Source: Minutocellus sp. GHC0000111 | Taxonomy: Eukaryota | NCBI GenBank assembly: GCA_977018835.1 | Contig: OZ361259.1 | Span: 3,038,001-3,102,000 of the forward strand | Reading direction: 5' to 3' | Length of the DNA stretch: 64,000 nt | In this document: positions 1 to 10,412 of the stretch, piece by piece | Layout: the number at the start of each line of letters is the position of its first letter | Position numbering within the stretch: the stretch's first letter is position 1 | Translations under genes and position numbers: made by a program | The notes under the pieces: generated by a model | The model's database searches: none | Seen by the model: the letters and a program-made list of their open reading frames with translations, nothing else | What the model was told of the DNA's origin: nothing

Positions 1-857
1 GGCTTTGGACTGCTGCTGTAATGCACAATGTGAAGACCATCACTGCCAACGTCACCAGATCCAACGACACCCTCGTCCCAATATTGAGGTCTCTTGTCAT
101 GAGTGCAGTTGTACAGAAAGCGCTGGGCATTGCATCCAAAGGGCAGGCGGGCACTCGAGGGCATGCTGGCGAACCAATCGGGATAGTAGGCATTGAACAA
201 ACCTGTATCGCCTCCATCGTAGGATGAAATGGCTCCTTCATCGGCCTTCGCGAGGATATCCAACAACACATGTGCGCAGGGACGGAGGACCATAACGCCT
301 GCATTGAACTTGTCGGGTGGGAAAATGTCCGGTGCCGCCGCAATCAGTCCCTTACGATCGTCGGCATCCTCTTCCCCAATATCCAACAGATGAAAGACGT
401 CCTTGACTACCAGACAATCGGCGTCGATATAAAGGATGGTCGAGTACTGCTCGAACGTGAGGATGTTCAGCTTGGACAGACCACAATTCTTGTCCCACGC
501 TGAGACGTGGCTTGCAGTATTCCCTTCCTCATTCTTGTCCTCATTTTCATTCTTGTCCTCATCTTCAACAGGCTTCTTCGTGGGCATGGGAATGAAGTCG
601 ACCTCGATTACGCGGGTGCAAAAGATGGGACAGAGCGCATCTCTCACCTCCTGACTGACGGTGGGCGTGACCACCACCACGATTTCGGGTGGATAGCCGC
701 CCGATGCCGACGAAAGATTTTGCTTGAGGGAGTACAGGAGCGTTTGGGCTCCGGGGGCGTGATCGTCCGAGGCAAGGAACGTAACGATTGCCCTGGGCCG
801 AGGTGGACCCAGGGGTGGAGAGCAGTCAGAATTGGGATGAGCCTTCATATCGTCCAT
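1..857 (-). CDS. GT8 glycosyltransferase (glycogenin-like), 3' end runs off the window; missing from the ORF track
   Basis: Manual translation from ATG 857 gives IVTFLASDDHAPGAQTLLYSL, LSKLNIL, ILYIDADCLV (DxD), AAPDIFPPDKFNAGVMVLRP, SYDGGDTGLFNAYY and IVHYSSSPKP, all GT8/glycogenin motifs. Confidence 0.9.
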   Translation of the reverse strand, partial: MDDMKAHPNSDCSPPLGPPRPRAIVTFLASDDHAPGAQTLLYSLKQNLSSASGGYPPEIVVVVTPTVSQEVRDALCPIFCTRVIEVDFIPMPTKKPVEDEDKNENEDKNEEGNTASHVSAWDKNCGLSKLNILTFEQYSTILYIDADCLVVKDVFHLLDIGEEDADDRKGLIAAAPDIFPPDKFNAGVMVLRPCAHVLLDILAKADEGAISSYDGGDTGLFNAYYPDWFASMPSSARLPFGCNAQRFLYNCTHDKRPQYWDEGVVGSGDVGSDGLHIVHYSSSPK

Positions 858-1127
858 GCAATGCTTCTATGCGATGGTTCGATGCTTCGATGCTTCGCCC
901 TGGATGTGCATTTTCCAGCATTTTGATTTCGCTCGTGAACCACCGCACCTGGTGAACTGGTAAGCACGTTTGTATGCAACAAACACATCATGTGTTGATG
1001 ATGAAACGGCCGTGCGTATCTGAGACAACTGCGCATTGGGAAACGTACTACCGCAGTAGATGCAAACTGATTTTTATGCAGAGGGGTGGTTCTTTAGGTA
1101 GGCGTGCGTTTCGGCGACGATCGTAAC

Positions 1128-2324
1128 ATGGAGCAAGAAGATACCACCACCTCCGAGTCTGCTGTTGCTGCCGGTGACGAGCCAAGGACCAAGAAGGTTC
1201 GAATCGACCCAGAAGCTACCAAGGACCAGCCGGCTGTTTCGTCGAACAGTAGTGACAGCAAAAACGCACGTCGAACACGTCCACCGCCGCCACCGGCCTC
1301 GTTTACGGCCACTCTCCCCTCCACCGGCCTGGATGTGCTGCTCATCGGCCGGACCGGTCTGTGCCGACCGCTGGCCGAGTCCATGCTCAGCGTTACCTTT
1401 GATAGGCAGACTGTTTCCAACAATACAGCACCAAGTGGAAATCATGGAAAGAAGAACAAACGATCACGAAGGGAAATGACATCCTCGGTCAGTAGTAGAG
1501 GTGACCCGGCCATTGAGGCGCTTCGACGGCATCTGAGTCGGAGCAGTGCGGCCAATGCCACCACAGGGGGAAGCCGTGGCGGTGGGGTTGGATCGTTTGG
1601 TCTGGCCGATGCGGTTCGAGCCCGACATGTTCGGCTGGTGGAGTCTTTGTCGGACCTTGTCGATGGTCATAAAATGGGAAAGGGAGACAAACAAGAAGAA
1701 CAGGCAAATGACAACTCTGATACAGCCACCAAGGAGCCGAATGATCCCAGAGTTGATCATGCGGTAATTGTTTTGGCACCGACTGATCCGTTTTCGTCGA
1801 CGAGGTTGCGTCAGGCAGCCGCATCTCTCCATCCCGATTATGCCATACAATGCAGGGTGACCATTGTTTATGCCGTAGGTGGCAGTGGTGACAATGGGAA
1901 CGATGGACCAACAAAAACCGCGTGTCCTGATTTGGATCGTCTATTGGAGGATGTTGAGAGAGGTGTCGCCTGCAAGTTGTCGAGTTATAGTATGTACAGA
2001 GGGGGCAGCACCGGCAGCAACGCAAGCAAAATGCCTCTATTTGCATCCTCGGTTCCAGTCCTTCGTTGCAATTTAAAGGAAAGCCACAGTCGACTGGCTG
2101 TGGCGAGGATGATATTACAACGAACAAAGATGGGAAGTAGAGGGTGCATGGGGGCAGACGATGGTTTGGATGTGGTTGTATCCAAGGCTGGAGATGCGCG
2201 CGGTGAAAGTAATGCCGTCGATGGTGGTGAAGAAGAAGGAAATATTTCAGCTGGCGTCTTGAAATCTGAAATTGGTGGGACGAAGGGAGGTATCAGCCCC
2301 CTCTTCTTCTCCTCCATATTATGA
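1128..2324 (+). CDS. Putative CENP-M-like kinetochore pseudo-GTPase with low-complexity insertions
   Basis: Colinear blocks VLLIGRTGLCRPLAESML, RHVRLVESL, PRVDHAVIVL, RVTIVYAVG, PVLRCNLKESHSRLAVARMI and GISPLFFSSIL match the block order of human CENP-M as recalled from memory. Confidence 0.6.
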   Translation: MEQEDTTTSESAVAAGDEPRTKKVRIDPEATKDQPAVSSNSSDSKNARRTRPPPPPASFTATLPSTGLDVLLIGRTGLCRPLAESMLSVTFDRQTVSNNTAPSGNHGKKNKRSRREMTSSVSSRGDPAIEALRRHLSRSSAANATTGGSRGGGVGSFGLADAVRARHVRLVESLSDLVDGHKMGKGDKQEEQANDNSDTATKEPNDPRVDHAVIVLAPTDPFSSTRLRQAAASLHPDYAIQCRVTIVYAVGGSGDNGNDGPTKTACPDLDRLLEDVERGVACKLSSYSMYRGGSTGSNASKMPLFASSVPVLRCNLKESHSRLAVARMILQRTKMGSRGCMGADDGLDVVVSKAGDARGESNAVDGGEEEGNISAGVLKSEIGGTKGGISPLFFSSIL

Positions 2325-2454
2325 ATTTTAGTTTAGGTTTTGTCAAGCCAAAACATGATATGAACAGCCAATGCATTCAGAACTACTAGATCTATTACAT
2401 TACTGGTACCAGTGCCGGTATGTAAAATTGAAGTCTAGCTAGAAAGGAGCAAAC

Positions 2455-2474
2455 GGTGGTGGTGGTGGTGGTGG
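2455..2474. repeat. (GGT)6 microsatellite
   Basis: Directly visible in intergenic DNA. Confidence 0.85.
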
Positions 2475-4749
2475 CACCTTTTTTTTAGAGAGTGATTTCA
2501 CGAGAGAGCAGACACCCCTCCGCGATGTTTCGTAAACATTGTACCAACTTCCTTTTATTGATGATCCTTACTCAGAAGGGTATTGTAGACCAATTACTTT
2601 TTTGAGCCTTGAAAAATTCGTTCGCGTTAGACCCGATTTTTTCGACAGTTTCCGACGTTCCATCACGACCATGTTCGCCCGATGTACAGCACCACCCCGG
2701 CCATCGCATACACTCTGACCACCTAGATGCCTTCCTGAATATTACTGGAAGGGATTTTTGGGCGATAGCGGTGCGTCGGTGCGTGCCTGTACCGCGAAAT
2801 GTGGCCCAGCGCCATTACCACCCCCCCATTACACCACCCATCCGAAAGTTGGTCCGGATGCTTTTATGCGGTCCATGCACCACTTCCGTTGCACTGAGCC
2901 GTCGACGCTTCACCCATATATATACCAAGCGCATTTGAGTGGGGGGTGGTGGCATTTCTTGACAATTCATAGAGAAAACTATTCCCAAAGTCCCGTGTCT
3001 GATGTCGGCACCAGATTTCACCTTCATTGCTTCTGCCGCCCGAGAGGAACGAAACCGGAGAAAGCGGCCAAACCAACACGTGAGATCGATGGATGTAATA
3101 TAGAACGAGCATCGTGCGTGCTGATATTGCGTGAAGGAACAGTGGTTGAGGCTTGAAGGGGGTTGTAGTTGGGGATTTGCTACTTTCAGATGTTTTTGCT
3201 TTCCATGGTGACGGCCACAATGATACAAAGATGGGGCCCAATATCGACCCTCTGGCGCAAACTTGCTCCCAATATTACTCAAGTGAAAGTAATGCCGGTC
3301 AGGGAGGATTGAAATGGATGTAGACAAGCATCAGCCATCATTCTTTGCCATTTTGAGGGTAAAAAAATATTGAAAATTTCTGGGCATGAGGAGATGTTGC
3401 TAAAATAGCACATGATGTACGAATGAGTTTGCTTTCAAGTATGCAATACTCACCTAACGCATGTAGTTGGCGTATACATCGGTTGGCTTGGAGTTATTTA
3501 TCGTTATACCATCATTTGGTGGCCTTCTTGTGGAGATGAATTCTCCTTGCTTTCGCCGTGTTGAGAGAGGCCATTTAGTGGGTTCATTTTTGCGCTGCAT
3601 AAAGTATCGCACAAAAAAATTTCCTAGTGCCTTACTATTTACGGCGATTTTGTCGGCGGTCTCGTGGAATCACTCTAGAGTCTACCATGAAAAATTGAAG
3701 GGTTGCATGAGAGGGCACGCACTGAATGATGCAAAGGAAGAACCTTCCTTCTCTTCTCGAAATCAACGATGTCACAACGACTGGGCTACTCACTCGTTTG
3801 CGGTGATATGTTCGTATTTGGGTCTCCAAAATCGAATGAATTGCTTCGATTGACGCATCCAGTGTGAGGAGGCGGGAATCAACAGATCGGGTCCCGTCCG
3901 CCCAACTGTTTTTTTAACGTGAGCTGCAAAGCGTTCGAAAAATTGTCATTGTTATGCCCCTAATCTCATATTATCGATTGCTAACGAGCATAAAATTTTG
4001 GAAATTTTGCTTCTTGTGCTGCTTCCATCCAAGAGCGAAGAGATGAACGTTGCGCTGGCCGGCCAAGCAAGAAGAGGTGCTGCCGCTGCCGCCTGACCAG
4101 AGATACGTTACAGCCGGAGTTGAGAAGGGATTGAATTATTGCCCAATCCAACTGCCGGGAAAGGGAGAGGGAGAAAGAGTGGTGGCCTCATACCATCTGT
4201 ATTTACGAAAAAACGAGCACATCTCGTGTTGCATTTTTTGGTGGCCAGTCTACTCCCAATTTTGTCGGTTGCATCGGACCCCCTCGGCCTCCTCACACAC
4301 GGGCACCAACGCGCACCCCCGGAGATACCCGCAATAAGCGCACACGGACCGCCTTCCAAGGGTGCGCCTTGGACTTGTTCCTCCTTGCTTTGGGGCCCGC
4401 GGTACGCTGTAAATTCCTTTCGTCACCGGGTGCACCTTGCTTGCGCTACAGCGGTATCTCGGCCGGCCTCTCTGCACCAAAACCTCCCATCGACGAGACG
4501 AAGTTGCGGAGCATTGCGTGCATATTGACCCGGAAGGGAGAGAGCAATAGCGGATAGCATACCAAGATACAAGGCATACATTGCAATCAAAGGACGGTTG
4601 GTTGGTGCTTTCAGGATTGGAGGTCTCCGGCAGATTGTTGTTGGGTCGATCGAGGGTTTGCGCACTCTTTCCTGACCAGCCCGGAGCTCGGAGAATTTAT
4701 TTCTCAAATCACCTCTAAATCAAAGACAAAACAGCAAAGGCACAGTTGA

Positions 4750-7700
4750 ATGGTGGCACCGACCAGTCCCCTGTCAACGTCCGGTGGCTTCTTCGGGGAC
4801 GACAGCGACGAGGGAATGACGATGCAGGGAGGGCCGACCGCTACGGCCGTTGCCAAGGAGGTCGCTTCGGCTACTGCAGCTTCTGGAAATGGGAGCTACC
4901 TGAGACGGAAGCGGAGCAATGCATCGTCGTCATCTCGAACAGGGAGCGGCGGCGGCAGTCTCGACAAGTCGGCACCTGCGGCGTCTTCCGGAACTTCCGG
5001 AGAGAAGCAGCAGCAGCGGAAGCAGCATACATCAGCATCCGAGACGGTAACGGCGCCTTTCTTCACCCCCGACGCAGCTCGCATCGGTAGGAAGAATGCA
5101 GCAGCCGACCATGGCAGCGATGGGCAGATGTCGACGGGAGTGCGGACGGCCAGGACCGTCACAGACATGACGCCAAGTCCGCTGCCGTCGATGGCGGCGC
5201 ATGAGCCCAACGTGAGTCCTGTCCCCCGCGGCAGTCCTACCGACGTGAGCAGCGGCAGCACCGGCAGGTCGAGGGCACGAAGTCATCGGCCACCGTCGGA
5301 CGACTTTGACGACGACGATGACCTGGACGGCGTTACAGCCCACCAGCGCAGCCGCGTCCTGTTCCAGGAGACCGAGGGTGACGACACCACCCTCGACACG
5401 TCCGATGAGAACTTTACCTACCAGCACCATCATCATCAACAACACCAACACCAACAGCAGAGGAGGAAGCATCATCATCAGTACCAGAACGACTACCGGG
5501 ACCCCTCCCCCCGTGGCCGCCGAACGAGATCCCTGCCCACCATCGACGGCGGCAGCATGGGGGAGAGGACGCACCCCTCCTCCATGGAATCCATTGGGAG
5601 TACGAACAACAACGAAGGTCTGCCTTCCCATCATCCTCAACAGTCATACCACTCCTCCTCAGACCTGCCCCAAGATAGCAGCTACGGACACCACTTTGCC
5701 AACGGAGGAGGACGATCGTCTCCCACGAGTCGTCGGCGCAGCAGCTCCCGGAACAACAATCGATCCCTGCAGCACCAGCAGCACTTTGTGTCGCCCAATG
5801 CCGTCCACTCCAACGGTGGGGCTCGGCAGCGAGGGTCGTCCTCGTCTAGACATCATGTCGATCGTACCCGCCGGGCGCAGAGTCATGGCTACCTTCATCA
5901 GCAGCAGGCTCAGTTTGGCAATGCCAGCGTTGACTTCCACCAGCAGCAGCATCTGCACTACAGCAATCAGACCAACAACTCCTCCCTCTTGTCGATGGAG
6001 GAGGTCGGCAGCTCCATTGAGCGGTACTCGAGCAGTTCCAATGAGTCCAGTCCAGAGCGAGGATATCGTGGCGGCCACGTCCGGGCCCTGTCGGCGGCAC
6101 CTGCTGCGGCTCCATCTGCCCCGACGCTGCCGGGCTACACTGCCGCAGATGCCCTGAACAATTCGTATCCACCACAGCACTATCCGCCTCACCCTCATCA
6201 GCAGCATATTCTCAGCCATCTCCCGCCTTCCGGCGGCGATTCGGACGGTATTTCCTCCCCCAGCAAGGATAAGGAGACTAAGCAGTATCAGCAGGCTCTT
6301 CCCTTCAGCTTTGGCGGAGCGGCAAATGCTCCGGCGACACTTGTCCAGCCGGGATTGGGCGTATCATCTTCGTATGATGGAAGAGGAGGTCAGATGACAC
6401 ATCTTGGTCCAATGACACCGTCGATCATGTCGTCTCGGCCCATGTCGCCGGTATCGGGAGGAGTGGGTGTCGGCTCTGCCTCGCCAAGGTATGGAACGTC
6501 GTCATTCGGTGGCTCGGCCTATCCCAATCTACACAGGATTCGGATCCGGTTCCGTTCTCTGGTTTCGTCGACCCTGCTCCTTGCTTCAGTAATGTTCATG
6601 CTGATCCTTGCCGCCAACTATGGCAGCATATCCTCATTGGACTTTGGCTACTACTCCAGTACTAACCGCGATGCGGCAGCAACCTCCCAGTTAGAAAAGC
6701 AACAGCAGTACGATGAATACAAACCTGTGCCTGTGGCATCAGTTGGCGGCGGTGTTAGTACCGCGGGCCTCAGCATCCACGAGAATGGCGGCGAAACTCT
6801 GTACGGAGAGGTCGGAGAGGAAGGTAGCACCAGTTCCAACTTTGTAATTCGCCGTGGCGCGGGGGGACTTCGAGTAGCGAGTAACATTGCTCCTGCCACC
6901 ACCCCTCCCGACCATTCCGATGATAGAGTTGAGGGCAGCGGTGGCGATGATAGTGAGCAGAATGTGGAACAAACCAAGGATGAAAGCAACGTAGCTTCGA
7001 CTGCTGCCGGTGCGGCGGTGGTGGCTGCTGCAGCTGACCAAAGCGCCAAGGAGAAGAAACGCAAGAAGCGTGGTTTTCCCAAGCTTGACTCCGAGTTTTA
7101 CGCTAGCAAGAATCGCCACCCCATCATGCATGGAGGATATCCTCGCCTGCTCAATATCAACCACAAGGTGGTGGACGAGCCCCCGCCGTCACGAGAGGTG
7201 GAGCTATACCCTGCAGAGTTTTCAGATAACACTCAGTTCTATCCTGTGGTAGATTCAACGGATGACCCTCGAGCGGAAAGAATGGAGATGAGAAAGCCAT
7301 ATGAGGATGAGGAATGTGCGCCCATGGCCGATTGGCAGACCACCTACAATCCCTCTTGTAATGGTATGCACGAACTTGATGTGGAGAACGGATACAACGA
7401 AAGAGAAGGCAAGGATCTGCTCCTCTTCGGTACCGGAGGCTTTTGGAGGAATGCCTGGAAGCTTGACTTGCCTAATCACAACGCAACAGCTGCTGCTCCT
7501 GCAGGATCGGCCCAGACATTTGTTCTCAAGACACTGAAGTAAGTTTGAGCAGGCTGGTGTTCTTTTTGTTTTATCGAAAAGTGTGTCTTTTTTCATTTGA
7601 GTTCTAATCTCGCATTTCCATGCCTCGTTCATCTTTTCATCTATCTCAGATACGAACACAACTTTGAAGACAACTTCGGGGAACACGATCGTATTGATGC

Positions 7701-8634
7701 TGTTGCGTTGGAGCGGCTCACGTCCTCTCGTCACGTCATCAATATTTACGGCTTCTGTGGCCACTCGGTTATTTCAGAGTATGCCGATGGTCCCCGACTT
7801 GGAACTCTTGCCGATAAGTCCAAGAAGATCCCACTCAAGCGTCTTGAAATTGCTCGAGATATCGCGACCGGCTTGGCCGATGTGCATGGCATCGATGGCG
7901 ACGACCAACCAAGCTTCGTCCATCTCGACATTAACCCCGCCAACGTAGTCGTTGTCGGCAAAACGCTCAAGCTCAACGATTTCAACATTGGTATTCCTCT
8001 GAAGAAGAACAAGAAGACGGGCAAAACGTGTGGCTTTCCCGCTCAATATCCCAACCCACAATGGAGATCGCCGGAAGAATCCAGAGAGCAGGACGATCTC
8101 ACCGAGAAGGTAGACGTCTTTTCTCTGGGTCACATCTTCTTCCGTTTGATCTGTGGCCATGAACCATGGAATAAGCTTGAGCCTGGTGGTCGCCCGGAGA
8201 AGGAGGAAGTGCTCGAGAAGGTGAAGAAGGGAACTCTTCCCTTCATCCCCGAGGAAATAATGAAATCTGAGGACCAAGAGATCCAGATTATTCGTGACGC
8301 TATGCTCAAGTGCTACACTGCCGACCCCGACGAACGCCCAAGCGCCCGAGCCATCGCAAGTGAACTCCAGAGTGAGTACAAGAAGCTTTCTGACGAAAAG
8401 AGTCATAGTCCTAAAACCACCAGTGACAAGACCACTAAGGCGAAGCCAACTACGACTTCCGTTGCCAAGGAGACCACTTCCACCAAGGCCAAAACAAGCA
8501 CCGCCGACAAGAAGGAGACTTCTTCGGCGGAGAAAGCGATTGCGACGGAGCGCAAGTTGAAGGAGGTTGCCGCCACGACGAAGAAAACTTCCACAAAAAA
8601 GGATGCAAAGGCAAAAAAGAAGGAGAAGAAGTGA
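4750..8634 (+). CDS. Single-pass membrane protein kinase; exons 4750-7538 and 7650-8634
   Basis: Intron GTAAGT(7539)..TCAG(7649) joins VLKTLK|YEH in frame. Motifs: GTGGFW, VLK, HLDINPANV, LKLNDFN, WRSPEE, DVFSLG, RPSA. TM segment LVSSTLLLASVMFMLILAA precedes the kinase domain. Confidence 0.9.
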
Positions 8635-8705
8635 TCAAGGGACTCCCATCCAGTAGCAGTGGCTCGTATAGCCATGTGATATTGACCTAAAATTAGAGTT
8701 GGTTC

Positions 8706-10193
8706 TCAAACCAACATTTTTTGTTGCATTTCTACTACATAGTATTCATTCATCGGGTCTTCGCCGTACTTTGTCTTTTCCGTCTTATTCTGTCCTCTTT
8801 TCGCCTTTGTCTGCCTTTGTCTGCGCCTATTATTTGGCTGTCTTGGACGCCGCCCAGAGCGAGAGAAGGTCGTTTCATCGGTGGCTGATCTGCGTTCAAT
8901 AGTACTCGTTCGAGTTGCCCTCTTTCGTGCGTCGTACTTCTTGTTCTTGCTTCCACCATCGACTCGTCTGCCATGCGATCGCATGTGATATCGGGCGCCA
9001 TTCATTTCTTTGACAATCTCTTGGGATTGTGCTCTGCGTTCATGCAACGTCTTTGATTTTCTAGTTTGCCGCTGCGTAGTGTTGGGCGAATCACGGTGGT
9101 GACGATGCTTCGCATTATGATCGCCACTATTACTTGCCCTTCCCATTTGTCCTCTCCTACCCATAAAATTTTGGGCGAGGAGGCGAATCTTCTCAACAAA
9201 CCCAATACTACTCGCGGTTTCCACTTTTCTTTTCGGCAGCCTCGGTGGCTTTTCCTGTTTTGACTGAGCGTAAACCTCAAGCGACGAGAATAGGGATGAG
9301 TGTTCTCTGATGGAGGTTACAATTTCATGCGAGGGAGAACACAGTCTTTTGTTCATCATTTTATCCAAGAGAGACGGCCCGCCGTTGACCTCGAGTTCTG
9401 CAAAGTATGCATTTGCTTCTGCTAGTTCCATACCAATGGATCGAGCCCGGATATCTTCAGCAAGGGCGACTATGGCGGACTCATCTGGCTGTTCAAAGAG
9501 GGTGCAAGTCGTTCTGGCGCTGGTCATACGACGATCATCGGGTGCGCATGCAAGTCGAGCGCCGTGATGTAGAAGAGATTTCACGCAGGCTACGTTGGAT
9601 GCAGTGATGGCTTGCTCCAGAGCATTTGCTCCTCCTTTGTCCCTCAGATCCATGTTGCAATCGCGAGATATCAAGAGCTCCGCACAATCAAAGTGACGAC
9701 GAGATTCAAAAGTGCATGCGATCATCAACGGTGTTTGACCAAGGGCATTGGCTTGATCAATGTTGGCGCCTGCGTCAAGTAGGAGCGCAATAAGCTTTGC
9801 ATTGCCATATTTTGCTGCCTGATGGAGAGGTCGATTGCTACTAGAGTTGGATCGATCAGGAATGTTGGGGTCAATATTCTGCGCTAAAGACGCACTGATC
9901 GCTGTGAGAGATATGTTGGAACCGTTTTGTAGCTCCTAAATTAAGGCTTCTTCAAGAGCTTGATTGGGAATGTATTCAAATGTCTCGCTTGCAATGGGGT
10001 TTCCATCTTCACGAGGAAATTCTTCGGTACTAGCAGGGTCAAGACTACCTTTGCCATGTTTCTTCAGCTTATCGAAAAGTTTCATTGGACGTCGAAATAC
10101 TTTCATAAATATTGGCTCCACGTGCACGACGTGCATTGGAAACGAGCTCGATGTTGATGACGATACATCGTTGTTGGCATCATGAGGATTCAT
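8706..10193 (-). CDS. Ankyrin-repeat protein with an in-frame TAG at 9936-9938 (sequencing error or pseudogene)
   Basis: Reading through the TAG gives RPLHQAAKYGNAKLIALLLDAGANID, GQTPLMIAC and GANALEQAITASNVACVKSLLHHGA, all ankyrin repeats in the same frame. Confidence 0.8.
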
Positions 10194-10412
10194 CTATAGG
10201 AAGTAGCGGTACGTTGTGACAAGTGACGGCGTCAGCGCTGCATCTCGACGTATGGCATCGGTGGCATCAGTGCTATCAACCCCTTTCAAAAAAATTGAGG
10301 ATGACGAGTTACGACGATGTGATAAAAAATAATAAGTGCAGCCAAACCGAGACGAGCTTACTTTGCACGTGCGTCCTTACTTAGATCCTCAAAGCTCGCT
10401 ACTACTGTAGCC

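Noticed and set aside
1..857. Evidence for glycogen metabolism from the glycogenin-like gene
   Set aside because: GT8 motifs do not establish substrate, and diatoms store chrysolaminarin. The call is kept as generic GT8.
2609..4700. Short ORFs in the first large intergenic region
   Set aside because: No recognisable motifs or coding bias; possibly decayed repeat DNA.
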